Below are positions 1-14,448 of a DNA stretch of 64,000 nucleotides, piece by piece (position 1 is the first letter of the stretch; every line of letters begins with the position of its first letter). A program made the position numbers and the translations under genes. Under the pieces are notes generated by a model. It saw only the letters and a program-made list of their open reading frames with translations. It ran no database searches and had not been told where the DNA came from. Location: assembly GCA_051362555.1 (NCBI GenBank), contig CM120643.1, positions 13,056,644-13,120,643 of the forward strand, in the 5' to 3' direction. Source of the stretch: Lingula anatina. Taxonomy: Eukaryota > Animalia > Brachiopoda.

Positions 1-271
1 TGGAAATGGGGTGTATCATGGGACAAAACACTTTATCAATATTGGGGGGTCTGAGGATGCTGTAGGTCCAATCAGATGTGAGATAATTACACCTTTGTAT
101 GTCACATAACGTGGACAACAAGTTGTTGCATGGACTCAGCACATAGCTGGCGAAACAATAGGACTGTGCTTATATTTGTAATGTAACAATATTCTAATGA
201 CCTAATTTCACTCTTGTATGATATCACATACAGTGGATAACTCACGATGTAACTAAAGTAAACCTGTTTAA

Positions 272-892
272 AGTCATAATAACTCTTCATTTCGGCCAAA
301 AATTGGATTTTCCTGGAGTAAACGGCAATTTTCCCGTAGTTATCAATGGTCAGCGACCCCATTCCTGCATTCAAAGTTAATCCAGGGTTTTTTTCCTAAA
401 CGTACGGTTTTTTGTTAAAATCTCTTAAGAGATTTTAACTGACGGAGCTCTCTCTGACATCGCATAGTCACTGTTGACCTACTTAAAACCGCGGGAAAAG
501 CAGACAACAACAACACTATATATGATTCATGAGATATATTCGTCTTTTTGTTAAAAATACATTAATATCCACAATGTGTGCCATTCTGGGCTTTTCGTTA
601 TCCGACGCACTGTACAAAAACTCGCAACTTACGTCTGCGTCCGCATTAATGCGTTTGGCGCCATATGTTATTTTGGTCTCGAATGAACGCGAGAATCCGC
701 GTGACACCATTACGTCATTAGCAACGAATGCCTTGATGAAAGCATCGAAAGCCCTATTGACAAGCACAGATTTTAGTTTTACTGCAATAACGGCCGTTTT
801 AGTGGTAAAATACAATAGAATATATTTCCATGGGTTGTTTACAATGTATTTCATGCGGAATTTTGAATCTCAAAGGAAGAGTTATTATTGCT
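272..892. mobile_element. Non-autonomous DNA transposon (Kolobok-like MITE) in a syntrophin intron
   Basis: TTAA|AGTCATAATAACTCTTC ... GAAGAGTTATTATTGCT|TTAA: imperfect TIRs with AG..CT ends, flanked by TTAA on both sides. Confidence 0.65.
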
Positions 893-961
893 TTAAGTAA
901 AGAGTTATCAAAAGCAATAACCAATTATATTAATTCATAATTTTTCCCTATCGAGCCTCAC

Positions 962-3900
962 CTAGTACATATAAGTGGGTGTGTCTGTGCTGGCGTGGCC
1001 CACTCCTCTTTACTCCAGGGGGCCGTGTCAAAGAGCAGAAAGTCTGTGGCAGTCACAGCCATGAATACTGGTTTCCAGGTGGGATTTCCTTGCTCATTGT
1101 GGACCTGTAACTCATGATAAGGACCTGGTCAGTCATTTAGAATGCCACGTCTTTTCGTACATTTCAGATGGAACTAACAACGTCAGGTACTTTTATTTGA
1201 GATTTTTTTTTTAAAGCTTGAAATGGAAAAGATTACTAGCTTTGCAGGATATGTAGACATAGAGAACAGGACATTTGGAAGTCTTCAAGGGCATACAGTG
1301 TACCTTTAAGAAGACACCCCGCCTCAACACAGGCAGGATTTTAGGTTTTAGCAGCCAAGGGGTTTTGGCCGCTTTATGATGGTAAACTGACCAAAAAAAA
1401 AAAAAAAAAAAAAAATACAAGCTCAAATTTAAATCTTTTAACAGAAGACAAAAAAATATTTACAAGCTCCAATTTAAATCTTTAAACAGAAGACAAAAAA
1501 AAAAAAAAAAAAAACTCACACACATACACACATCTGCAAGCAGCAGACATCTCACCTGTTCAGCTAGCCAGCCCATGTGCTTGACTTGCTGGACATTAGG
1601 TCCTGTGCTTAGCAGCTTGTTAACCTCTGCTATAGTCTGTATTGTCAACAGTGCTGCATTGGTATGTATTGCATTGTACCAGCTATCAGCACTACTTGCA
1701 TCCTCCGCACGTATGATACACGAACTCTTCCCATCCGGGGAATGCATTTCTAATGTTCTGTTATCAGCATCAGGCATAGTCAGATTTCTACACAAGTAGC
1801 ACATTTTTAAAGGAATTGTCTTTTTCTCTTTCCATGGAGACTGAGGGTGGTTCTCTTTTATTGGTGATGTGTCTCCTGCACCAATATTTGTATGTTGTCC
1901 CCATCCTAGATCGTTGAGACCTGTGGCTTTGCGGAAATATGGGGTCACTTCTCTAAGGTATTTCACTGAAAAAATAAATAAATAAATAAAAAATGAAGGA
2001 ATGCAATTTACTTATTTGATGAGGAATAAAAAACTAAGAACTTTTCCTACATGCATTATACTGATGGCAATACCTCTGCAATTTCATGATATATAAAATA
2101 ACAGCTAGCCACAAATAAGTTTCAAATACCTACAAGTTCACACACACAAACACATCCCAAGAGAGCAAGAGAGCAAGAGCAAGAAAGAGAAAGCAAGAGA
2201 GAGAGGAAGAGAGGGGTAGACTTCTTAGCCCATATGGAAGCAGAACCTTTACCAGCTTAACATATTCAGAAAACTACCTGCTGTGAAGGAAAAAAAAACT
2301 TTCAATCGCACATTTATAATTTATTTGATAACATTTAAAAAGGATTTAGGGATAAGAGAAACTTGAGCCTTATCCTATAGTCAAATTGGGTTTCGCCTTA
2401 GTATCTTGAAAAAAATGACATGTAATCAATACGGTCATGGAATAGATCTTCGTTCTTCTCAATAAAATTAAACATGCTTTCCCAGGAGTGAAATAATGCC
2501 TTTTTGTATACCCTATCCATCAGCATGAAGTTCATTAATACCAAGATTAATTCATCCCTTTTAATAACGTCTGAAAACCAACTCCATTCCTTGTCAATTT
2601 TAATCCTCCTCCAGTTTCTCAACATTTTTCTTAACCTGTATTTATGCCACACCCTTTAGGAATATAATCTTATGGGTGATAAATCAAGAATATTGATATT
2701 TTATAAACCTACATACAACAGAAAATCAATACCATCTATCGTATTACTATTTACTAGAGGACAGTAAGATGTGGTGGATTACCGTAATTACTCTTCATAT
2801 CCAAACAATACAGATTCACTACATATTTGAATAAAATGTTTTTCTGGTGATATCTGAAAACAAAATATCCTAAGTTGTGAAATAATAGTTGGGTAAAATC
2901 ATCAGTACATTTTAAAGTAAAGGCACCAGAAAAAGTACTTTTTTAAAACTAGGTGTAAAAATAAGTGAAGTGATTCAGAAATGTAAACAATTGTCGTATT
3001 TTTAATACCACCAAGACTAATCAATGTAAAACCATCACCTAGACAAACAAAGCCCATGGCATTAATATTCTAGGCTATTCTTACTCCGAAATGATGTAAT
3101 GAAAAGGGGAAATGTCATTGATATCTTCCAAGTTGAATGGTTCTCCACCCAATAATGACATTAAGACCCACAATAATTGGTCTCACCTGCACGTTTACTG
3201 TGAGAGACAGGTGCTTGGAAATGAATGCAAAAGCCCTGGAGTAATATATTACCTGATGTACTCTTCTTTTATTGGGAACTACTCAGTAATTTGTTCTTGG
3301 TCTTCACGAATAATCTTGTCTGCATTACAGTGCATTTGAGTTTAAAATTCAAGCTGTAAAAAGGTTTTTAGCTTAAGGTAAAAAACTATGATCAACAAGC
3401 CCCTGTTATGACAGATTAAGATTTTTTTTCTCAATTTTTCTGCTCACATGCAAGTTTCAAGCACAGAGAGCTTCAGAATTAGCAGTAGCTGCAACAAGGT
3501 TCTACACAATCTACTAACTCCAGTAGCTCTATTTATGTGAAAATTTTACCTTCTTTTTCTTCATTTATTTTAATGAGCAAAAAAACATAAACATACAAAT
3601 GGTCCGAGAGAGAGAGAGAACTTGAGGATAAACCCTATTTCACAGAGAGATAAACAAGCAATACATCATAGTGATCAGAATGCACAAATAATGCATAAGA
3701 AACCAAACAAAACATGAAAAAAACTGCAGAGGTATAACAAATCGCTTTGCTAATAGTACTAATACCCCGTTCACACTACGCTCAGTTATCTGGATAAATT
3801 GCGAATTAGGTCACAATTCGAATAAATGCAGTAGTGTGAACGCAAGAGGATTTTTGTAATGCGCATTTTCAAAATCCTGCAAGCGAGGTGGATTTCTAAG

Positions 3901-6494
3901 CGCGATCTGGATAACTTACCGGAATCGACACCTGTACAGATCTTACTGCGCATGTGTGCAGATAAGTGCGGGTATCTATGAACGCTTGTTTATTACTTTA
4001 GCAATTGCACCGAACGTATTTGGAAGTCACCACTCACTACAACACGAGGAAACAAACTTATTTTGCCATCTTATACTTCTCAAGAATGCTGGAATGTCTT
4101 TAGAGTTGCATTTGTCGTCACAAATATTTGTTGGTATTTTAAGATTTCCTGTGCGGCGCATGCGCGAGTGTTCAAAACAGGAAGTTAAACCTGAAATTTT
4201 CAACGTGTAATTCGGTTTCGCTTAGCGTGTGTGAACGCAATACCGAATCGAATTCCTCACGAAAAATTTGGATTATAGAAATGTGCATTTTTGCAACTGT
4301 AGTGTGAACGGGGTATAAGTCTTCAGTGACTCTGTCTCTTCATACCTCTAAACCAATGTAATACAGTGCTCCTAACATGCAATACACTGATCTGTCCAGG
4401 CATCTTTAGAAGCTGATCAATAAGAGCACAATTAGGGCTCTCTGTACACTTAGTTCACCAGTACGGAGGACTAAATATTTAATTAAGTCTTACCCAACAG
4501 TTGCATACAAAATCTGCTTGTTAACATACCAACGATAGAAATGAGAATTAGAGATTAGTGAACTCTTGAGTCTGGAGTTGCATGAAGCCCAAGAGAGCAC
4601 TGCAGGTAAATCTCTTATCCAAGTTTGCACTGATGATGAATTGTTGACGAGTTATTGACTTTTTAATTGGATCATTTTTTTGCAACCATACAGGAAGTGC
4701 CTGTCTAGACAAAAAATAATGCTTCCATTCATTGCATAACAATATTCTGGCAACTTCAAGTCATGACTAATTAAAACAGAATCAACATTATGACTAAAAT
4801 AACAAAACTGCCACAAGTTCTTTTACAAGTGAATCATGTTCCTTTTGGAATCCCTAAAATAACACTTAAAATAACATAGGCAGCTTTACCTGTGAGGCCA
4901 TGAAGCTTACATTTAACCCCCATCTGGGGTAGCACTAGCAATTTTTTTCGCTTACCCAAATCACCACATTTTTGTCAATTTGTTACCAAAATGGTTATAA
5001 TTTGGCTAAAACATGTCAAATGAAGCCCTTTTTCTTTAGCCAATTTAAGTTAGTTTTAGCATTTGGCTAAATTGGCGAGTGCTAGCGCTACCCCATCCCA
5101 TTCATCATCCACCCACCTCCCCACTACATTACAATATTTTCACAGCACATTTACTTCTTTGCTAGTTGAAATAGACCCCATTCCCATAAATATTTAGATC
5201 GATCTATCCCCCTGGGGAGTCTCACTAGATTGGTGTCAGCTTAACAGGCTTAAATGTCTGTCCCGCCTACTAAAAGCTGTAAGAAGGTAATTAACTATGG
5301 TGCCCGCTCGACTGACAGCAATTTAGCGTGAGCCCCCAGGGAGTTAGGTCGATCGGATGGATCGATCTAAATCTCTGGGAATGCAGTCATAGTCTCATCA
5401 ATGTCAGAATCTTTTGTCACCTTTGCATCTCTTTTCAATCCTATGAAAAAAATGTATAATAATATCAGTTGTATTAGTCTTATATGAAAAAAAAAATGTT
5501 GATTTTTTTTTTCTGAGTTAGAAATTAATCCCTTGTCTGCCACTTATAGCACAAATATGACTTTAGTTTGTTCATTTTTCCTGGAACAGCGGATGCCATG
5601 GTCAATTTAAGCTGGCAAACTCAAAGGGGGCGTCAATGACATTTGTGTGAAAGCTAAGATCAATCTTCTTCAAGCCTCATTAACTGAATATATATCAAGG
5701 TACGCTGTCAACTAGTAATATTCAACTACATTATATCATAACATTCTTAAGCATATACTTTTTTATTTTCTTAGAAAGGATATTTGAAAAGGGTCACAGA
5801 TGGATAGAAAAGATATGTAGAAAGGAAATGTAGTTAAGTAGAATATGAACTTATTTGTTGGTCAACTGTGCAAGAATTGAACAGAGTATTTGAGCTGATG
5901 TATACTTGTTGATGGCATCACCATTTAAATGTTCTAATGAAATTTCTTCTTGACTAGAAGGTGATAACCATGTAAATGATATAACCAACATTTACCTGCT
6001 TAATTCATAATATTAAATATTTCAAATGAATAAGAACTATTTGGGCAAACTGTAGCATGTTTTTGTCAGAACAATATTTTAAACCCAAATTTTTGCAAAA
6101 AAAAAAAAAAAAAATTAATCAAATATAAATTTTGCCAAGTTTTGGCATTTTGGGAACATTTCTCATGCTAGTGTGAGCCTAGACACTGTAATAACCTTGT
6201 ATTTCTATTACCACGTAGATTATTTGCAATTTATGACTAGTAAAGTCTCTTTTTTCCCTTTTCAATATCGTTCCAGTATGCAACTACTACACGCTATGAA
6301 AACTACAAAATATCATTCATTCACAAATGCAATTATGTGAATATGAGCTTCCTCTAACAGCTGTAAATTATGTGAGCTATGAATGGGAAGACAGTGAAGC
6401 GATACAGTCAAGCTATGGCCCAAAACATATTTATCTTCTATCCTAGAGTCAAGGTATCTTTAACCTCCACATAACAAGAGAAGAAATCTCAAAA

Positions 6495-6529
<35 letters not shown>

Positions 6530-9099
6530 ATACAAAAATGAAGAAAGGAAGAAAGAAAGAAAGAAAACATGAAATGCTGAGGTGTATGACTTAATGGGTA
6601 TAAAAAACAGCAATCCTTGAAACAGCAACCCAAGTTTTGAAAATAGATTGTCAGACAGACAGACAGACAGGCAGATATTCAGTTTTCTGGGTTAAAAAAT
6701 CATTTAATCCATTTGGTCAATTCAAACAGCACTGGCTCAAATAAACAATATATGTTCACAGTTAACATCAACAAATCCAAAAAAATTAACACTTGAAATT
6801 AATCAGTATCAGTATGACTGTCAATCTGCACATTTGCATATAATACCAACATTTCTGGTCTATGGGATCCATAAATGTGAAGCTTTCAATGGCTCCTCTC
6901 TACCTGAGAATCAGAACCAAGAACCAAGAACCGAACAGAACTGCACTCCACACTGGTAGGTTTGTTTTAGATACTGGAGCTATTTTTATCTTGCTGAAGC
7001 ATTTGAGTTCACCAGGCAGATGGGTGAGTTTATTATAACATCTGGTCTCTAATGATAACATCTGCTACACATTCTGATATATTGGTGGTCAGAGGACGCG
7101 TCCAACACCATTTCAACAGAGAAGTTTTCAGACTTAGTTCGGGAAGAAGACAGTGCGATATTTGTGTATGTTACAACAACATTAAGTGGCCAGTATAATA
7201 AATGAAGGGGTAGTTTAATTGATAGATAAGTTAACATGACCAACAGCACCAAGATGTCAAATAAATTTCACACAGATATATATGGGTGTAGGTCTAAATA
7301 CAGTTCACCTTAAGGTTTAAGTTTAGATACAGTTTGAGTTAAAATGGTATTGAAATGTGACCTGACCTTGTGCAGTGCCAGTCAGGTAGAAAGAAGATGT
7401 TTAAACGTTCCACAACTAAAGGACCAACTGACCCTAAAAGACACTTGACCTCTCTGAAATCAATGGCTCCCAAAATCTGCAAGTTCATAACCTTTGATTC
7501 AAAAATGGTATGTTTTTAAAAAGTTGGTTTTCAGTTAAAAGCCAAACTTTTCATGCATACTTGTATTCCAACCCAGGATAAAGGTTTACATGACGATGTC
7601 CATTATGCGTAGTATGAAACAGACCTCTTTTTTATTCTTTCTTTCTGTATATTATTTTTTTTATAGCAAAAGAAGCCCAATACACCTTCGAGTGAACTAC
7701 AACTGATTTAGCTCTGCTCAGTGTTGATCAAAGTTTTAGGTCTTTCTTCAGTGATCAATTTCAGTAAGAAAACCTTTTGCAACTCTGGACCAAAAACTGG
7801 AAGACATTGACAAACATTTGATAAAATACAGTTTTTACAATCAATTCTTTATGGGGCATATCTTGCACCTTGTAAAGCTAATTATCTATTAAAAAAAATT
7901 TACCTTTGCCAAAATGTCATCTTTACCATTCTGGAAAAAAATATATGAGAAAATGGATACAATTATTCTTGAATGTCAGCTTCACTATTAGGACCACAGC
8001 TGAAGGACAAAAAATTTAATCTAGAATAAGATTTTCCGAGAAACATCATGTCAGACATGCAAGACACTGCTCTCCAGGGTTCCCCTCAGATCTCAGTCCT
8101 CATTGATTTTGCTGTCTACATTTTCTCCACTAATTTTTTCCAGAAAGGCCACAAAACGGCACTTCAGGGACAGATGAAGAATCCAGGGCCTTATAAACTG
8201 CACATTCTATCTTGCCTTCAGTTCTAGGTGTTCTCTGGTTTGACTGACACTGTGAGGGCTCATTCCCAATGAAACCATCAATCTACACAGATCAATCCAA
8301 CTCCGCGGGGAACTCGCCCTGAATGTTTAACAGATTTACACACCTCAGCCGATGGATGGGAGTTAAGGCACATGAAAAATCTATTTTCTATTCATGGTAT
8401 CTTGTGATCACGGTCTGTGCCCTGAATACCCTGCGGCGTAATTACTGGCAGCGCGAGCCAGTTACTTCCAAAGCTGTAATTAATTCTCGGCTGCGCTCGG
8501 AGTGATCACAAGATACTGCGAATAGAAAATAGATTTTTAGAAAATAGATTTTTCATGTGAACGGAGTCAAAGTTTCAATGGGACATAGAAAATTGTCTGC
8601 ATCAATGAATATATTTTGTTCAAAATCAAAAAGTTGGTAATGAATATGTTTCAATGACAGATGAAGAAATTGCTTGCACCTCCTGGGAAACCAGTCTGCA
8701 GCCAGGGAAAGTAAGCAAGGTAACAAGGTAACAGCAACAAATGATGATTGATAATACTTCATGAAACAATGAGCTGATAAAATAGTGACGTCCCTGAAAT
8801 ATCTGTCATGGGATCCAATTTGCCTACACACATTCATTAACTTATTTGCCTTCCTTTTAAGGTTGCACAATGGTAATTACACAAAGGCTGAATGTATTTT
8901 CTTGAAATATACTGTGGGCAAGATATTCAAAATAAATAAATAAATTAATTAATTAATTGAAAGCTTCTTGATTTTCACTGATTTGGTTAAAAAAAAGTCA
9001 TTTGAAAACAAATTTGAGTACATTAGGATTTACAGGATGACCCCATGGAATACATCATAACATGATAATATTAAACCCTTTTTTAATTTCAGTTATTGG

Positions 9100-9159
<60 letters not shown>

Positions 9160-12100
9160 ACACGTGCATACATGCTTGTACTAGTATGTGGGCAATTGTT
9201 ACTCTTCAGCATTCAAAGGCCTATTTGACATTTCCTTTAAATTTCCGAATCATGCCCTAACCTTCTTACAATTTACTATGGTCAAATATTTTTTCAGCAA
9301 GTAATTGTAAAATATCCAGTCTTCCAAAGCGTGTTTTTACTAACTGCATGCCCTGAAGGCTCCCCCAGATCGTCTGGCAAATTGTCTTTGTTACAGGTGG
9401 AAAAAATTTGTAAGCTGTGGTTCTGATATTCCTGGAGCCGATTACATGCCAAATCTTCACAGAAATATGGTGCATATATTTACAGCATTGAACGTGAAGA
9501 AGATATTTTTTAACTACGGTAATATGCCAAACAATTCAACCAAGTAAGCAGGATTGGCTGAAAGTCAACTTTTAATTGTAATCATCAATAACTACATGTG
9601 ATACAGCTATAAAAATACATCAGAAGTAGTATGCAGACACTCATCAAACCCCCCCCCCCCCCATGTTAAAGTACAGCTCAGTTACGCAAACTGTTTGTTC
9701 AGCAAATTAGAATGGCAATAACCAAAGTAACCATACAAACAACACGACTCATAAAACAGTAAGGAAAAAAATCAATCCAGTGTAAAATCTCATTTAGTCA
9801 AAGTAGATGTTACAAGCCTTTTCCTCACACTTACCAAACCTACCTGGACTTGCTGGAAGATGTTTCCACTTAACACTGATGTTTTTATTCCCATTTTAAA
9901 CACTTCATGCAGGGTAGAAAAACATATGCCAGATGCCAGACATAGCTTCCCTCCAGTACAGGACTCCATAGCCACAGTGATTTTATCTTTACGCTGTGTA
10001 TGTTTTTATTTGTTACTGAGCAAGGATTGCCTGGATTTCTCTACGGGCTAAAAACCACAACGACTCCCTTTGCAAACTGTACCTTCCAAAAATTTAATGC
10101 TGCCTTTGAAACAGGAGAATTGTTTATTTGCAACATGGCTTTACCTGCAATTGCAGACCTGACTTCAGTACAAGCTTAAAACATTCCTCTACATGTCATC
10201 TTACAGTATCGGAATTGAAGTCGAATTTTTCCATTTAGAATTCACATGTATATCCTGTAACCCGGCAGCACCCTTGTTTCAAAAAGTCTAAAATATGTGG
10301 TTTTTAAGGGAAAAAACGAAACCTTTATCAGAATAGAACAAAAGTGAAATAAAAACATTAAAATGCCCTAAATAATTCGGCATAGTGGGCAGCATCTAAG
10401 TTTAGTGCCACTCACTAAGTTATGTCCAAAGTATTATATCAGATAATAAAATAGCCACCTTTGCTTTGGTGAATGGGCAAAATGGCCAAGCACCTGTCAA
10501 AGTGACATGGGGCTAGTTGACATAATTCTTCAACTGCACCCTGGTAGCTGAGAGCAAAACTACATTCATATAACTTTGTTCTTTTGATACCAAGTACTGC
10601 ATTCTTTGAGAATGATGGCTGTGATGGAGTGATGATGTGGAACTGCTTGAGATTCCAGGGTTTACTACATGGTAAACACTTCAGTATAAGCCGAATACTC
10701 TTCTGAGTAGATGTGTAAATAATTGCAGCTTCCAAACCCATGTAATGTAAGCCAATGCAATGCGGTGTTCAACCAGCTAAAAAAAAAAGATGCAAAAAAG
10801 TTTTTTTGGGGGGGGGGTGGTTTAGTCCAGCATTACACTAGTTGCAGTTAACCTCAGGCAGTTACCTCATGGCTTCCAATTATTTAGGCATTTCTGCTAC
10901 ATTTTAATAACCGTTTTAAAAGTTCATACAGTGACACTCACACAGAAATGGCACCCATTTTCAGGTCAATGCAAGCATGCAGGCAGGCATGTGTACACGC
11001 ATATTATAGCGATCACACTGTAGTAAAGTCTACTGAAGTCTGATAACCAAGAAAGAACATTAGTCTTTTTATTAAAATTTGTACATTTCAATGGTTTCCA
11101 CAAAACCAAGGGACTGAGACTCTTCCTTTTACCTAGATTGGAGAGCCACAGTACTAGTGGTCTTTCTCAGACACCCTGTTACCTAGAACTATTCCATATG
11201 GGCATAATTAGCCCAGAAAATTCCAGGTTTTAAACCAGGTTCATGTTCAGTGCAGTGTACTTATATAGGTGTTGCTCTATTTCCACGTCAGTTTTCATTT
11301 TTCCACCACACTACTGGTACATATAATACTGTGACTCTGTGATTACTTTGAAGCATACTGTTTCATCCAAAAACGAAAATTCTCAATGGGATCAATATTC
11401 AAGTCTTGAAATATGGTCAGGAATATGAACAGAAAACACTAAAGCAATAAGGAGCTCACAAACCTCCACCTTAAGTTGCTAACCCGATTTCAACAATGCA
11501 TACAAAATAACTTTATAACTGTAAGACATAAAATGAGAAGGACAGAAATTCCTTTATTTCTTATTATATAAAATTGCCACATCTCTTTTTAAAATCAAAT
11601 ATTACTAGCAAAGCAAAAGCAAAAGTTTTATAAGCTAGTATAAGCCCAAACTGGATCATTTGACTCATTTACTCTGCTAAGATTGCAAATTATACTGGAT
11701 CTATATAGTATAGGAATGATTACCTAAGGGGTGTGGAGTAACACCTGTAAGTGACCAAGGTTAATAGTTTACGCCCTCACAATAGACAAGTAATGTGATA
11801 CCAATCCCACGTTATTGGCACTTCATGTATTATGCCATGCTGATCGAGGCAAGGTTTTTTTGGGACAGAGGGAGAAATATACAAGAGGCGGAGTAAAGAA
11901 AAGAAAACAAAGATCATATAAAGACAGTCTTTAGGATCTTCCTGAGATTTTTTCTTTCTTCTTTTTTCTCACTGTAAAAAGGGTAGTTTCTGGGAGGACT
12001 AAAGATGACCGTCTTACGGGTACAGTATGGTGACATCAGCCTTTTTGGCAGAGCTTACACTTGGATATAGCTACAACTGTGACTACATAATAAACCTGCA

Positions 12101-12172
12101 TAAATGTTGCCTTCTGAAAAATACAAAGCTCGAACAACACTTCATGACTATAAGCTTGGTGGCAGCGTTCCC

Positions 12173-12203
<31 letters not shown>

Positions 12204-12811
12204 ACACTATCCTTTACCCTTTCAATGAAAAATCCAACAGATATACTGCTGAGACTTTTTGATAAACAGGAAATTATGACAGGCAAGCTCACATACAAAC
12301 ACACCATTGGCGTGTCATACTCACCCTCCAACTCCACCACCTTGCCTGCTCTCTTCAGGGACCGAACAGCTTCGTCGTGGGTGGCTTCGCGCAGGTCCTC
12401 CGCGTTCACCGACAGAATCGCGTCCCCGACGTACAAGGCCTCCGTCTTATCTGCGGCAAGACCTTTAAATATTTTACTGATAAGTATAGGCATTTTGTTC
12501 TCTTTCCCCCCTTTAATGCTGATCCCCAAGCCATTCTGTTCTTCTTTGACGATGCGAACAAAACGCTTCTGGCCGGCTATGCTCTCTGGTAACTGATCGG
12601 GGGGAGAGGTATTCACAGAATTTGCGGCGCTGGCTGCCTGCCCTTTCTTCGACGCCGAGGAGTCGTTCGTGCCATTGCTCAGTCCGGCATTCTCGGTATT
12701 TTCATCCAAGCTAAGGATCAGGGAATCCTCGTTGAGAGTTACGAGCACTTTACACCACTGTTGGCGAATATACACCTCCAGCAGTCCACTCCTGCCAGCC
12801 CCTGACGCCAT
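962..12811 (-). CDS. SNTB1: Beta-type syntrophin (split PH + PDZ), partial; the 3' part lies beyond the window start. Exons 12811-12325, 1965-1556, 1104-962
   Basis: Exon 1 reads [19 protein letters not shown] (PH1a), then the syntrophin PDZ ([43 protein letters not shown]...ATHDEAV). Exon 2 reads [13 protein letters not shown]...[12 protein letters not shown]...[10 protein letters not shown]. Exon 3 reads [21 protein letters not shown]...HPLICTR. All introns are GT-AG with consistent phases; intron 1 is ~10.4 kb. The alpha/beta paralog symbol is approximate. Confidence 0.93.
2330..2765 (-). mobile_element. Possible degenerate LINE 3' fragment in syntrophin intron 1
   Basis: An 84-aa W/K/F-rich ORF remnant is followed by a short UTR-like stretch with AATAAA. 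No RT core is visible. Confidence 0.25.
3763..4315. mobile_element. MITE with 3-bp TAA TSD (PIF/Harbinger-like)
   Basis: TAA|TACCCCGTTCACACTAC ... GTAGTGTGAACGGGGTA|TAA, with internal GTGTGAACGCAA sub-repeats. Confidence 0.8.
4926..5093. mobile_element. Short MITE; second copy at ~52287-52453 in CYC1 intron 5
   Basis: TIRs GGGGTAGCACTAGCA / TGCTAGCGCTACCCC. The interior is clearly shared with 52287-52453 (caaatcaccac...tttagccaatttaagt...ttttagcatttggctaa). Confidence 0.7.
5174..5388. mobile_element. ~210-bp MITE family, copy 1 (syntrophin intron 1)
   Basis: TIRs GACCCCATTCCCA..TTTAGATCGATC / GATCGATCTAAA..TGGGAATGCAGTC, flanked by ATA on both sides. Homologous to 47153-47367 and 50925-51139. 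Confidence 0.8.
8369..8559. mobile_element. Short foldback/MITE element
   Basis: CACATGAAAAATCTATTTTCTATTC..GTATCTTGTGATCAC pairs with GTGATCACAAGATAC..GAATAGAAAATAGATTTTT(duplicated)CATGTG. Confidence 0.6.
9102..9158. repeat. (TG)n microsatellite
   Basis: A pure TG run. Other simple repeats: (AAAT)n ~6493-6531, (CT)n(GT)n ~20976-21030, (GT)n ~36284-36336 and ~38833-38865, (CT)n ~52768-52801. Confidence 0.95.
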
Positions 12812-14448
12812 CTTGCCTCGTCCCCAAACACCTGTCATGACGTACCGCATAGACTGAAACTGGGAAGTCGGGACTTGATGCTAGTGCCTGGCAAGTGAAA
12901 GCGAAAAGCTATTTTTTCCACTCCAAACATTATTCGGTTTCTTTCATGATTTATTATCATTCTATTGGACCAGTCGTATTTTGATCTTTATTTAAAGTCG
13001 GTTTATGCACGTCAGGCGCCGTGGATCAGACTGGAAGGCTATAATCATATTTGCAGGGGTTATTATTTTCAAGTAATATTCAATATTTATTGATTTTGCC
13101 AGAGCGTCTATTAGGAAGCTCTCGATCAATAAAAATGTAAGTTGCAAAAACAATTACAGACCCCTACTTGTTAAATAAATGAGTAAATCTATAATAAGGA
13201 CAATGCTTTATCATTGATCGTTGTTTTGGATTAAAACTACGGCGGTCTCTTCCTGCAATTAATCACACAAATTCAACATAGATGTACATGTACATTGTAG
13301 ACACCTTTCTTGCAATACTGACACTGAAGTCGGCCGCTCCTCCCCCAAAATGTTCACAGAGCTGTTTTATTTCTAAGAACAAACTAAGCCACAAAGCCTT
13401 TTTACCATCGTCTTTACAATAAATACCTACATATACGACTCAATGCAATTTATCAATATTTCTTTTTAGCTCTGAAGTAGTTTTTTCATGTAGTTTTTAT
13501 TTGTCTGGGGCTGTTATAGACCCTACAAAGGAACATTTGACACAAATTATTTAGTAAGTTTAGTAACAGTCTATATATATTCCTTATATTTATTTTATTT
13601 ATTAAAGGCTTTCAGGGGCGGTTCCAGGATTATTTGAAGGGGGGGGGGGGCGGTCCGCAGATGTGAAGCCGACCCTCCCCCCCTCCCCTTGGCATGGGGT
13701 CGGGGCCCGGTGGAAGGCCCCAATTTTTTTTTTTTTTTTTTTTTTTTTTGTATTTTAGAGGACGGGCGGTGCCATTTGGTACGGTTTAGAACTATAATTC
13801 AGCTAGTCAAAATTCTAGTTTCAAGAGGGGACCATTGGTGTGATTTTTTTTCAGAAATCCAAGAGGGGGTCAGAACCCCCTCCCCCTCCCCCTCCTAAGT
13901 ACCCCCCCTCTCACATTTTGGCGTAAATAACCGTTGAATGAAACGTTTTTAAAGTTTATTAAGAAAAGCGTGGCATCTCCTTGGTATATCCTTCTGTGGC
14001 ATCAAATAAGTTCAAAGAAAGTGTTTTATAATTATGAATGTACAAGAAGTTGTACATGTAACACAATCCTTACGCACTGATACTCCTGGAAAGAAAGGGA
14101 AATGCACCAAAAGAAGTAATTGGGGATTAGTATGTTTTCCTGATATAAGTGGTTTTTCTTTTAAATTAAAATGAAAGCTTAGGCTCACATAGTAGGGCCT
14201 AGTCTTTCCTCTGCTGAACTAATTTTAAGTTAAGGTGTAGTATCCGGTTTTAAATCATATAGCGATTTTACGACAATCGTTTACTATCCAATCAAGGTGA
14301 CAGCCGAGCGTGATTACATCAGCTATCTTTAGGCCATCTATCTCTCTGCTTGTCTTGCGATGGTGGTTCATCATGATTTTCGCGCCATGTTCAATTTCAC
14401 TTCCGGTATCTCCCATGCGGGGAGCACGTAAAGTGTCATGTCCTCCAA
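12812..14448. promoter_or_regulatory. Divergent promoter interval between syntrophin and FAAP24
   Basis: The start codons are 1.6 kb apart, head-to-head. There is an ETS-type ACTTCCGGT at 14399-14407, and a YY1-like AAGATGGCG overlaps the syntrophin ATG. Confidence 0.45.
13613..13908. mobile_element. G/C-run-rich MITE-like insertion in the syntrophin/FAAP24 intergenic region
   Basis: It starts CAGGGGCGGTTCCAGGA-poly(G) and ends with C-rich ...CCTAAGTACCCCC. A related shorter element lies at ~17305-17474 (CAGGGGCAGATCCAG...ATCCGCCCATG). Confidence 0.5.

Noticed and set aside
516-900. Overlapping 112-aa and 123-aa ORFs
   Set aside because: They lie inside a TIR-bounded non-autonomous element and show no convincing transposase motif.
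12027-12596. 189-aa plus-strand ORF
   Set aside because: It is the antisense shadow of syntrophin exon 1 extended through poly-C/CA repeats.
12812-12850. Upstream in-frame extension [13 protein letters not shown] of syntrophin
   Set aside because: The ATG at 12811 has strong context (AAGATGGCG) and matches the family N-terminus. The extension cannot be excluded but is unsupported.
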